This document shows, one piece after another, positions 13,478 to 24,665 of a stretch of DNA of 64,000 nucleotides; position 1 is the first letter of the stretch, and each line of letters opens with the position of its first letter. The stretch comes from Octopus sinensis (Eukaryota): NCBI RefSeq assembly GCF_006345805.1, contig NC_043004.1, positions 6,634,001 through 6,698,000 of the forward strand, written 5' to 3'. Under the pieces are notes generated by a model. It worked only from the letters and a program-made list of their open reading frames with translations, ran no database searches and was not told where the DNA came from. Made by a program: the position numbers and the translations under genes.

Positions 13478-13570
13478 GATGAGTGTATTTTTACCTTGTT
13501 AACAATTAACACGGAAAAAAGTAAATATTTGATCTACACCTGCGTTAAACTCCATTTATTTATTTATTCA

Positions 13571-13616
<46 letters not shown>

Positions 13617-13924
13617 GACAAAAACTTACATACATGAATATATATATATATATATATATATAATCATTATCATCATGTATTGTGTTTTTGATGTTGAACA
13701 CCCATGTCAGCTTTGGTATGTATGTGTGTGTGTGCACGAATATACACATATACACACATACTTGTCAAACCCACACCAGCATGCAAGACATTATTAATGA
13801 GGACACACGTACATGTATCACTCACACATGTGTGTGTGAGAGAGAGTGTGTGTGTGTGTTAATTAAAGCAAAAGCTAGCTGGGTGGTTCATGATAATCAT
13901 GAAGAAGCCATACTCTCACCTATC

Positions 13925-14640
13925 ACATCTACTCATAAGGCTTTCGTTGGCCAGCAGCTACAGTAGAAGACACTTTATCCAAGGTGCCATGCAGTGGACA
14001 TGAATTTGAAACAATGTGATTGGGAAGCGAACTTGTTAAAGCTCAGTCACACCTATGCCTGCGTATGTGTATGCATATATACATATATATATATATATAT
14101 GTTCACACACACATTAATACAAATATTTTACCATCGAATTTTCCATGCTTGCATGGGTTAGACGGAATTCATTGAGGCAGGTTTTCTGTCTCCAGATGCC
14201 CTTCCTACCATCAACTCTAACCTTTTTTTTAGGAAAGTTAATATTTCCCATAGCTCGACATGGAAATAAAAAATATTACTAAGACAAAACTGATATTAAT
14301 TACATGATTTCAAGAGTAGGAGGCACATACACAAGCACACATATGATGAGCTTCTATCAGTTTCTTTTCACTAAATTCACTCACAAAGGCTTTAGTTGGC
14401 CCAGGGCTACAGTAGAAGTCATCCAAGGTGCCACACAATGAGACTGAACCTGAAACTATGCAGTTGGGAAGCAAGCTTCCTAACAACACAGCTACACCTG
14501 CATACACATCACACAAATACATTGAATGATGGCTTTGTGCTTAAAAAATTTACCTTGCAACCCCATGATTTCATGGTCAGAACACTGTGAGGCAGTTTGG
14601 GCCAGTGTCTTCTGCTGTAGATATGGGCTGACCAATTCTT
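13925..14640. mobile_element. SINE cluster (two minus-strand CORE heads, RTE-like tail, one plus-strand head)
   Basis: ccaaggtgcca...ctgaacc and aagcaagcttc motifs at about 13980 and 14425; tail ttttccatgcttgcatgggttagacgg at 14140. Confidence 0.7.
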
Positions 14641-14827
14641 GGCAGCGGGATTCGAGATTCAAAAATTAAAAAGAAATCCATTGTGTGTGTGCATATGTAT
14701 ATTCTGCATGTGTGTGTGTATATACATATACTTTTTACGTATATATATACACAACATATGCATAACGATATGTAAGCCAAAATATATACGTATAAATACA
14801 CATTCAATCTCGCTCGTTCTCTTTATG

Positions 14828-14972
14828 CACACACACACACACACACACACACTCATGAATACACACACACACACACACACACTCATGAATACACACACAC
14901 ACACACACTCATGAATACACACACACACACACACACTCATGAATACACACACACACACACACATACTCATGA

Positions 14973-15018
<46 letters not shown>

Positions 15019-15210
15019 TCATGAATACACACACACACATACTCATGAATACACACACACACATACTCATGAATACACACACACACACATACTCATGAAT
15101 ACACACACACACACATACTCATGAATACACACACACACACATACTCATGAATACACACACACACACATACTCATGAATACACACACACACACACACACAT
15201 ACTCATGAAT

Positions 15211-15271
<61 letters not shown>
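14828..15271. repeat. Compound minisatellite (AC)n-[at]actcatgaat repeated ~13 times, followed by (TA)n
   Basis: Directly visible: variable (AC)n tracts punctuated by an invariant ctcatgaat. Confidence 0.95.
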
Positions 15272-15274
<3 letters not shown>

Positions 15275-15279
15275 ATATA

Positions 15280-15660
15280 AAATCATTCTGATGGTGGATG
15301 GGTGCTGAGGATGACTGAATGTTAATCAGTATAGACTGAGGATGAAGAACTCAGAGCTGTATGAGAGGCTCCCAAAAGTTAGCGTGAAAATAATAGAGGA
15401 GACTGAGGTTAGCCGGACATACTCACTGTCATTCAGAATTGATACTACACAAGAATGCGCCCGTGGGAGCCCCTACACAGACACACTAGAAGAGGGAGAC
15501 CGAGGATGACATATGTTGATGCCCTAAGGACAGACACTGGTCTCTGGGAGACACAGGATATGGCAGCGATGATGAGGTACAAAGACCGCAGGAGAGAACT
15601 CGTCCATGTATCTCGGGAATTTTATCTGCTCTAGATAGATAGATGGATGGATGGATGGAT
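15280..15660 (+). mobile_element. RTE-clade LINE 3' end (5'-truncated) with (ATAG)/(ATGG)n tail
   Basis: Frameshifted translation VLRM.LNV...EELR..LYERLPKVSVKII.RLRLAGH..HSEL...WEP....RRGRPRMTYVDALRTDTGL...HVSREFYLL*, then a tetranucleotide tail. Confidence 0.85.
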
Positions 15661-17424
15661 AATCACACTCGCACACATAGAAACGTGTGTGTACCAAATG
15701 CAATATTTATCCAGAGTCTATATTCATTTGTAAAGGAAATAATGCCTCACAACTGCACATCATATCTATAAGTTATAAAAAGTATTGTATGGAAACGACC
15801 GTACACTTTGTAAGGAGGGGAAAATTAATTCTTTTTCTTCAATGAAAGAATTTCGTATCATTTTCTCCCTCACAACACTTTAAAATGCATATGTTTAAAT
15901 GACATTTTGCACATATACATATATTCGAGTGTGTACATTACGTTAAGTCTGAAAAAATAAAATAAAATGAAAAATACTAAACAGAAATTGACATCAAAGC
16001 CCGATTGGGTGGAAGAACGATCTGACCCCCACCCTAAAAAAATATTAAAACAAATAAGAAAAAATTGAATAATAACTTTTCCCTAAATTTTTATCGAAAT
16101 AATTGTTATATTGTTTTACACCCTCGACAACAATATCTCTGAAAATTTTCATTAAAAATATGCACTTTCAGAAAGTTATGAGGAAACAAAATTGAAAAGG
16201 GGGCATCTAACTGTATGCTTACATCTCTTTCTCATCTATCTGTCTGTCTATACACACATACATACACTACTTTTAATTATGTAAAGTTAGTGTAAAATAA
16301 CACAAAAGAGAAAAGCACAGCGAAGGGGAAATATTAAACAAGTTCGTTGCCTAGAAATATTTCCTCGACTTTCGTCACTAAACATAAAGAAGTTAAAAAA
16401 AAAAAAGAAGGGCGTGTTTACACACACACACACGTGTATACATACATATACATATTAAGTACTGTTTTTCTAGTTTCTTACATATCACCTATCATTCCAT
16501 GTATATACGTGCGTGCGTGAATACATACAGGTAGATAGATAGGCAGGTAGGTTTAAATTCAAATAAAAATATCAAGAATTATAATCCTCCTAACCTTATA
16601 AATATTTCGGGGATGGTGAAAATACAGATAACGGCTACCGGATTATTGAAGGTGTTTAACAAAAGCCAATGAGATATAGTCTGTAACACTTATTATACAC
16701 AGGCACACCCGCTTACAATATTTTGTAAAAGCTCTTAGTCATATATATATATATATATTATACATTCGCATTTATATTTAATAAGGTTTAGGATCTGGTG
16801 AAGCAGAAATAATATATTAAAAAAGAAAAAAAAATATCTAAAAGTTTCTATTTCTTTAGCAGTCAACAGGAAGTAATGTGAGCACTTGTCTTATTGTACG
16901 AGGTTTAAAACTTGTTTGTAATCAGCATTCGGGCATGTGCTTTTTTCAATCACACTAACACACACGTACCTGTTAGGTTAGCTGTTTATCTATGTTGTGA
17001 TGGATACAATTTTTGATATATTTGTTATTTTTAAAGTTCGGGCGTTATATATATATATTGTTCATTTATAGAAAAAAAAGACAACAAAAAAACACGAATA
17101 TTGTAAAGTAAAGCAGAAGTCAAGAATAATTATGGAAGAACTGTATAGACGAATAATATTTTTACGAACCGGTATATATATATATATGGGTATATATTCA
17201 TATAACGATATTCGTAAATGTGTATGATACATATATCAATAGTAGTACCTATATATATATATATATATATTGATTAATATTATACATCGTATCTCACTTA
17301 ATGTGGGTTATGTATGTGTGTGTGTGTAACTGCAGACTTATTTTACGGCCCCGAAATTTTTGTCGAGAACTTTCATGAATTACGTTCGATTTAGATAAAG
17401 ATGATAGGTAGAAAGATATACTTA

Positions 17425-17483
<59 letters not shown>

Positions 17484-18278
17484 TATATATAATATATATA
17501 TATATAAATAATATATGTATTAGTATGGGTTATTTAAATAGTATAACTGATTGAGTTAATATTTCAAATATTTTTTTTTGTTTGTGTGTGTGTGTATGTA
17601 TATATATATATATTATATATATATATATACATACACACACGCAGTTCATATATTTCTGTAACAGGATTCACATACACACAAAAATGCGTGGAAATGTATA
17701 TTGCGGTATATTCATTTGTCTGTATATGTGTGTGTGTGTATATATATATTCGTATATACTGTAGTATACACGTCCACGTTTTTCGTATAAAAGAAACGCA
17801 ATATATACAACAGATAAAAAAAGGGAATAATCGTTGAATATATATCAACGAAATTTGAGTTTAGAGTTGACGGTAGAAGTTAGCGACGTCTGTGGCAGTT
17901 AGCGTTAGCAACGATGGTGGTGGTCGGGGGTCATTAGAGACATACTAAGAAAGACACGTGTTTAATATTGGATCGAGACGAAAAAAAATATATATATAGC
18001 TTATCGAATTTAAATCCTTCGTATAGACTCGTCCGATTTAGCCTTCTTCTGTGAAACTAAAGTCGATATAGTTACATGTACGATTCCTATACTGAGTGAA
18101 GTTTCCGACAGTATTATAACCCAAAGTTAAATGCTGTATCGTTTCACAGAAATACGTTAAGATTTCTTCGTTAATTCAAGGAAAAGGAAATAAATGAAAC
18201 ACTGATGAATATATATATATTTGTGATAGATAAAAAAAAATCGTTGATTAAAATAAAATAAAATAAAATAAAATTTAC

Positions 18279-18373
18279 CTCCTACAGCAGCGTGCAGATA
18301 AATAAACATATTCAGACGGTAAAGATGCTGAAGCCATTTGTGAGTAAGAACTGGTCCACTTGGAAGGTGCCAT
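18279..18373 (-). CDS. Candidate first coding exon MAPSKWTSSYSQMASASLPSEYVYLSARCCR (phase-2 donor), gene unidentified
   Basis: ATG in tcgATGG context, open frame to GAG|gtaaat followed by a T-rich intron start; pyrimidine-rich putative 5'UTR upstream; inside the CpG island. No homology recognised; could be a uORF in a non-coding exon. Confidence 0.35.
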
Positions 18374-18892
18374 CGATTTGAAGCTAAGTATAAATGTGGC
18401 TGTTGGTGGTGGTAGGAGATAGATAGAGGCGTAGATAGAGGCGTAGAGAGAGGAAGAGGGAGAGAGCGAGAGAGAGGGGGAAAGCATTGAAGGTGGGGGA
18501 AGAAGAGCTAGGCGCACTATACAAAAGCCAGCTAGGAAGAAGGCAGCTGGCCTAAACTATCAATATATTTATCAAGCGGTGGGACAACATCGTTAGAGAC
18601 CCTCCCTTTCCTATAACGTTACTATTGGGCTGGAGGTCAGTATGATGGTCTTGCTTCTTCATGTCGACGCGTCTTTAAAAGCAGAAAAAAAAAGCCTAAG
18701 TCTATCTAGGCAGTAGCCTTTATTAAGTTCACTCTCTCTCAGATAAGTTTTTTCATCGAAAGGAGAAATAAATGCCGCATTTATATTCTCTCCTCGGTCG
18801 CCTTAGGAAGGAAGGGAATAAATCACATAGTTTGGCCAGTGGTGTGTATATGTGCGTGTGTGTATATATATATATATACATACATACACTAC

Positions 18893-19080
18893 ATTTCGGC
18901 TACTTCGAAGGTCTTGATATGAAAGTCATCCGAATTTTAGTGTTTCTATCACCAATTATTTTATTGTGTCTGGGGAAAGTCATTCTCTTTTAGTGCCTCA
19001 TTAACACACTCACCGGTTCGATTTCCACTCATTTACTTATTAATTTTTTTTCTAAAAATTTCGTTGCATCTGGCAAACGA
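18893..19080. mobile_element. Fragment of a repeat shared with 21655-21835 (probably a Penelope-like terminal repeat)
   Basis: Shared tgtgtctggggaragwcatt...tgcct...taacacactcaycggt and atttccact. Confidence 0.5.
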
Positions 19081-20457
19081 AATATTACCAATTATTTCAG
19101 GTGAAAAATTTACAAAAAAAAGAAAAAAAAAAAGGGCTCACGAAAATATTTCAAATAAAAATTGACACTTATAATAATAATAATAAAAATAAAAATAAAA
19201 AAATAAAAACGAGAAGAGGAGAGTTTCTCTCAAGGTAACTACCGCAGTATAGTTTATTCTAACAGAACATCCACGTTTAACAGGGCATAAATATTACCTC
19301 TCGAAATTGATGTCGCTAGAAGAGAAGAGTAGAATCTCAAATGTTCACATACAACGGAGTTCTTGACAATCTGAAAACATTAGCAGTCAATCCTAAAAAT
19401 TAACGGACGAAATACCACGAATGTAATTAAAGGACGAAAAGAAATCTACTCTCTTCCACCGGCAGTTGTAAGGATTAAAGGACGTATTTTATTTTGGGTG
19501 TGTTTTATTCTGAACTGGGTTTTTACGTCTGCAGCAACTTATTTACTTTAAATGGGTAGACATCAGAATTATGCACCAGCAGAATAAATTAGATTAGAAA
19601 TAAAAACAAATGAGATGTAACAGTGACACAGGGTAGGACTGACGGCAGGAAAAGCATCCGCCTGTAGAAAATTTGCATGAATATACTCTGTCCGACCTTT
19701 GCAAGCCTGTAAAAGTCGATGTTAAAACGATGATGATGACGATGCCTGTCCTTGGAATGTCACATCAAATAAAAGAGGTTCGGTTTTCAAAGTGAAACCT
19801 TCCATGTGTAAGAAGAAAAATAAATGAGGAAACCAAGGTATGTCACCTCGGTGCATACATTTGTACTTGGAATCCATTCCTTGTAGTAATAATAGAAGAA
19901 AAAAAAGGAGTGTCCAGATATTACTAAGAAAAGGACGTGGGACAAACTAGTGAAGTGGAGAGAGAATGTAGTTTGACATTAAACAATAAAGCATGTCTTT
20001 ATTTCGAGACTAAGAGTAAAAATGTTTACAATCTGATCTTACACGTTAATTGTTTGAGTACACCCGAAATTTGCTTGCTGGTGTCCTGTATTTCTTGCGA
20101 TGAGATTTCACAGATATGTGTTTGAATTTTATTATCTTAGTTCTCTTATTAACATTGATAGGTGAACAATTAGTATCAAGCTTAAGAATGAGGGTAAGAA
20201 GTCTGAAAAATATCAGATGTCATATATTTGATTACACTTAAGGGATGTTGTTTAATCAACTGTAATAAGATAGTTTCGAATTCTGGCACAAGGCCAGCAA
20301 GTTTAGAGGCGGGATTAAGTTAATTACATCAACCCCCAACTGATACTAATTTTACTGTGAAAGGATGGAAGGCAAAGTTGACCTCGGCAGCATTTGAACA
20401 CAGAACATAAAACTGGAAGAATTGGATGGATATGTGTTTTCATCTTGTTTGTTGTTA

Positions 20458-20503
20458 CCGCAATGTTTCGGCTGATTTACTCTCCAGCCTTCATCAGGTG
20501 TCC
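20458..20503 (-). ncRNA. Second minimal hammerhead motif (stem III mutated)
   Basis: Minus strand ggacacCTGATGAaGGCTGgagagtaaatCAGCCGAAACATTgcgg; AACATT breaks the stem III palindrome. Confidence 0.55.
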
Positions 20504-20634
20504 TGGTAGAATTTTGGACCCAACCCTGGGTTCTCATTCCTAAGGTATTTTTTTGCTGGTGTATAAATAATAATTACACCAGCAAAAAAATATGTTAGGA
20601 ATGAGAACTGAAGGTTGGGTTCAAAATTCTACCA

Positions 20635-20680
20635 GGACACCTGATGAAGGCTGGAGAGTAAACCAGCCGAAACGTTGTGG
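20635..20680 (+). ncRNA. Minimal type I hammerhead ribozyme motif
   Basis: acac-CTGATGA-a-GGCTGG-agagtaaa-CCAGCC-GAAAC-GTT-gtg: conserved core, 6-bp stem II, palindromic AACGTT stem III, short stem I CAC/GTG. Confidence 0.7.
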
Positions 20681-21255
20681 TAATAACAAACAAGATGAGG
20701 ACAAATATCCGTCCAATGTAAATAATGTACAGAATTCCTCATCTCTAAAATATAGAACAAGCTGGAAGAAATTCTACCAAGCATTTTGTTCTGCATGCTA
20801 ATGACTGCCAGTTTACCACCTTATGGACTATACTAAAATAAAAAAAACAAGTATTCTTAGCACAGTAGGTGAAAAATTCTTCAGATTTTGCAATTAAAAT
20901 GAGAGAAAGTAGAGGATGATGTGGTTCCCAGTAGAATTTGACAAAGCTGGTGTCCCCACCTTCCAAAAAGTATTGCTGAATGATCTACAGCCTAAGGGCT
21001 AAGACCAAAGTTCTGGTAAAAGAGAGTGCAAAATTCCAGTTTGATATGCAGGAAGTAGATACAAATTAAAAATTGTATAATCAATGAAAATAATGGGTGG
21101 GCAAAAAGATGCAGTCAGATTCTGGATAATCGACAGAGGACCACATTTAATACACTTTGGGTGTATGTAGAGGCAACCACAATAGGAAATTTATAAATTT
21201 AAAATGCTCAGGCAGCTTGCTATCTGTGGTAACCTTGTGAATGCAAGAAATGATT

Positions 21256-21479
21256 TTAACTCATTTGTTACAAACCTGGCTGAAACCGGATCTGGCTCTG
21301 AGTACAAATGTCTTGTTTTCATAAGGTTTGAATTAAAATCTTCCACTAAACCTTAGTCACAATTTATGTTCCTAACACTAGCTGAACGAAAACTAAGTTA
21401 TTTTACTAAATTCTTTGTTATATTTAAAGTAACTGAAAGAAACACAGAGCATCTCAAAATACAGTAATGAAAGGGTTAA
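21256..21479. mobile_element. TTAA-flanked (piggyBac-like) MITE
   Basis: ttaactcatttgttac ... gtaatgaaagggttaa termini. Confidence 0.55.
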
Positions 21480-21719
21480 TGAAAGTATCACAGATAGAAT
21501 GAAAAAGGGCAATATATGTTGTGGGAGTTGTCCCTTTTGTTGAAAGTAAAAGGTTTTTCACTCCTTGCAAATGAAATAATGAATAGAGAGTGAGAGAGAA
21601 AGAGAGAATCATGATCTGTTGGATATGTAGCGTTAATTTTTCATTGTTGGATTTAGTTTGCAAGATTCTTTATGTGAGTTTGTGTGTTGAAGCATATTCT
21701 GTTGTGTCTGGGGAGAGAC

Positions 21720-21828
21720 ATTTTCTTTTTGTGCCTTATAATTTAACACACTCATCGGTAAAATTAAATAAAGAATAAGTGGAAATTTTACCGGTGAGTG
21801 TGTTAAATTATAAGGCACGAAAAGAAAA
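21720..21828. repeat. 45-bp-arm inverted repeat (hairpin) within a Penelope-like fragment
   Basis: ttttctttttgtgccttataatttaacacactcatcggtaaaatt / aattttaccggtgagtgtgttaaattataaggcacgaaaagaaaa. Confidence 0.9.
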
Positions 21829-22049
21829 CAACAGAATGTAGTGTTAACTTGCATGAAAAATGAAAGTGGCTGAGATTTAGAAGTATTGAATAGTAGATGG
21901 TGGGCAAAAGACCACATTATGAGAATGGATAATGAATATTAAGTGAGAATATGCTGCATCTGACAATATGAAGTACAAAGAGTAGAAGAGAAGGAGAGCA
22001 TAAAAATGATTATGAAGAAAATATCAGAATGTGTCAGCATAGAAAATCA

Positions 22050-22415
22050 TCTGTGGTTAAGAAGCTCACTTAGCAATCACATGGTTTTGGGTTCAGTTCC
22101 ACTGTATGGCACCTTGAGCAAGTGCCTTTTATTTTAGCCCTATGTCAACCAATACCTTGTGATTGAATTTGGTCAACAGAAACTGTGCAGAAACTCATCA
22201 TTTATACATATTTGTATGTCTATGTTTGTCTCTCACCACCACCACTTGACAACCAGTGTTGGTTTGTTTACATCCCCACAACTTAGTAGCTCAGGAAAAG
22301 ACACTGATAGAATATGCACAGACTTAAATTAAACACTGGATCGACTAAACTCTTCAAAGTGTTACCCCAGCATGGCCACAATTCAATGACTGAAACAAGT
22401 GAAAGATAAAAGATG
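22050..22415 (+). mobile_element. CORE-type SINE family A, full length
   Basis: gtggttaagaagc...gggttcagttccactgtatggcaccttgagcaagtg...catggccacaattcaatgactgaaacaagtgaaaga. Confidence 0.85.
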
Positions 22416-22989
22416 AAAACTTTAACTGTGCCAAGAGCTTGTTTTTTTTTTTTATTAGTAGGACTTCACTGTATGATATTGTCAATTGTTACAGGAAAGA
22501 AACACTGAAAACAGCTACTTTCCAAAATAATAGTTTGATATTTAAGCGCTATTATGTCAGATGATTAGGATGAGGACAAAAATAAGAAGAGAAAATTGGG
22601 GAAAATAATTGATTATTTAAAAGAAAAATGCCCTCAAGCTAAGATAATACTATCTTGAGGGGAAATAATGAAATACAAGTGAGTCTGTCATAAAAATTCT
22701 ATGAACAAAATTTAAGTAATAACTGTAAAAGAAGAATATTAGTGAAAAGCTCTAATCAGACCAAAGGCATTGAGAACTTAAAACCTCTGTGATGTTAGAT
22801 GCTCAACTTGTTATTTTTAATAATGGCTTCGTCAGTTAATAAGACTTAGTGTAAGAGGAAGTTAATTTACTTTTTTTCTTTCTCTTAAACTAAATGTATT
22901 AAAAGATATTTTCATAATTTAATAATATATAGTCTGGCAGGAAATGGTTCTATTTCGCTTTTTATTCTTCTACATTCATAGGCAGAACT

Positions 22990-23167
22990 CTGGCTGTGTA
23001 GTTAAGAAGAGTGCTTTGCAACCATATGTTCTCAGGTTCAGTCCCACTGAGTGGCCCTTAAGCAGGTGTCTTCAATCATAGCCTCAGGCTTACAAATGCT
23101 GGGTGAGTGAATTTGGTAGACAGAAACTATGTGGAAGCCTGTTGTGTGTGTGTGTCTATCTATACAG

Positions 23168-23214
<47 letters not shown>

Positions 23215-23442
23215 GATAGTTAGTTTATGCATGTGTGTCTTTGTGTTTGTTTCTTCACTGCTTGACAATTGGTGTGGGTTTGTTTATGTCCCCACAAGAT
23301 AGCAATTTAGCAAAAGAGATCGAAAGGATAAATACCAGACTTAAAAATAAGTACTGGTGATGACTTATTTGTCTAAACCTATCAAGGCAGTGCCCCAGCA
23401 TGGCCACAGTCCAATGCCTGAAACAAGTAACAGATAAAAGAT
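22990..23442 (+). mobile_element. CORE-type SINE family A, full length
   Basis: tggctgtgtagttaagaag...ggttcagtcccactg...cagcatggccacagtccaatgcctgaaacaagtaa. Confidence 0.85.
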
Positions 23443-23574
23443 TCTGGTTTCAAATTCTGTTGTGATTAACTTTGCTAGTCTTTATAAATCATAGAATAAT
23501 GAACAGTAGAGTGACAATTGTTAAAATGTAGGAAAAAAAAAATTCTCTTGCATTATTTCTTCCAACACTCTAGG

Positions 23575-23716
23575 TCCTGTGTTCAAGCCTTGCCAAGGTC
23601 AACCATGCTTTTCATCCTTTTTGGGCATCAATAAAATCAGATAGTAATTAATTGAATCAATGATACAGACTAATCCCCTCCTATGAAAATTGCTGGCCTT
23701 GTGATTAAATTAGAAG
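23575..23716 (+). mobile_element. Meta-domain SINE fragment, plus orientation
   Basis: gttcaagcc...ggtcaaccatgcttttcatcctttttgggcatcaataaaat...ggccttgtg. Confidence 0.6.
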
Positions 23717-23921
23717 TCACTTATTTTAAGATTTATAAAATTAGCACAAGGTTGACTTTGCTATTTCCTATTTCCACATTTGATGAAGTAAAATATCAGA
23801 CGAAGCACCGGAATCAATATAGTCCCAGACCATAAAGTGAAATCAGTAAAAGAAAATATAATGAAGTTCAATGAGGAAGTCAATAATTCAGTAATATCAA
23901 ACAAGAGAGATTCATGATAGT

Positions 23922-24104
23922 TACCATATTTTAACGTGTATAAGGTACCCTTGGGTATAAGGAACACCCTAACTTTGGGGGCTTAAAATTTGGAAAAAAG
24001 GTTTTGTAAGAGATGATAATGCTGTCCATGTATAAGAAATTCCTCTATTTTTTTAGCCTAATTTTTAACAAAAAAGGGTTCCTTATATATATTAAAATAC
24101 GGTA
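23922..24104. mobile_element. pogo/Tc2-like MITE
   Basis: TIRs taccatattttaacgtgtataagg / ccttatatatattaaaatacggta; similar decayed ends at 31859-32016 and 55892-56055. Confidence 0.7.
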
Positions 24105-24177
24105 GTTAGAAGAGAAGAAAAAGAAACTTGCAATGGGAGAAATTTACAAAGACTAACAGTGAAGGGAATGGAGCTTC

Positions 24178-24402
24178 ATCCTTTTAGCATCCACATTCCT
24201 CTGTCAAATGTAATGCTTATTTATTCATATTACTTTGAATTAATCATGTATTAACATTTAACTTTGTGATTTTGACGATGTGATTGTTTACTTTTAAAAT
24301 GACATTGTAGAGTAAGTGTGCAAGGTCGGATCTGGTTGGACTGAACATAAAACGGGAAGAATATTTTAGCTGGATATGGTCAGTTTGAATGCTAAAGGGT
24401 TA
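24178..24402 (-). mobile_element. TTAA-CCCTTT piggyBac-like MITE family (also 7470-7690, 32292-32485, 63432-63612)
   Basis: Shared internal sequence (caatgtcattctaaaa...acatttgacagag) and the tgaatgctaaagggtta terminus. Confidence 0.65.
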
Positions 24403-24424
24403 TGGCAGTGTCATAGTCTTGAGT

Positions 24425-24665
24425 GAAGGCAGGTGGCCTAGTGGTTAGGGTATTGGGCTCATGATTACAAGATTATGGTTCCAATTCTAAAACCAAATGT
24501 GTTTTTGAGCAAAATACTTAATTTCATGTTGCTGCAATCCACTCAACTGCAAATGAGTAAATGTACGATGGACTGGCATCCAGTTCAGGGAGAATGTTGT
24601 GATCTTGGTCACTTATGCTCCATGGAAACTGAGTAACCAGCTCTATGAGCCCTAGGACTTGAGAT
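24425..24665 (+). mobile_element. tRNA-derived CORE SINE, second family (with cgatggactggcatccagttcaggg segment)
   Basis: gtggcctagtggttaggg A box; CORE-like tgagcaaaatacttaatttcatgttgctgcaatccactcaactg; homologous to 43668-43890. Confidence 0.7.

Larger units (their letters stand above)
15700..19750. promoter_or_regulatory. CpG-retaining, SINE-poor island; probable unmethylated promoter region of a minus-strand gene
   Basis: CG dinucleotides are visibly much more frequent than in the flanks; no recognisable CORE/Meta SINE for ~4 kb; GA-rich tract 18415-18505; RFX-like gttgcctagaaat (16346) and gttagcgttagcaac (17898); ETS-like caggaagt (16867). Confidence 0.55.
20421..20760. mobile_element. 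Penelope-like element terminal-repeat insertion forming a ~143-bp-arm inverted repeat
   Basis: Arms 20421-20563 and 20575-20717 are near-perfect reverse complements around the 11-nt spacer taaataataat; each arm has a hammerhead core. Confidence 0.8.
20280..20822 (-). mobile_element. Meta-domain SINE interrupted by a Penelope-like insertion
   Basis: gaaaggatggaaggcaaagttgacctcggcagcatttgaac ... resumes at 20761 with aagcattttgttctgcatgctaa; ctggaagaa is duplicated at 20413 and 20762. Confidence 0.75.

Noticed and set aside
14639-15124. His/Thr- and Cys/Val-rich ORFs
   Set aside because: (AC)n minisatellite artefacts
20352-20801. Two similar ORFs MRT.GWVQNSTRTPDEGW on opposite strands
   Set aside because: Both are translations of the two arms of the non-coding inverted repeat
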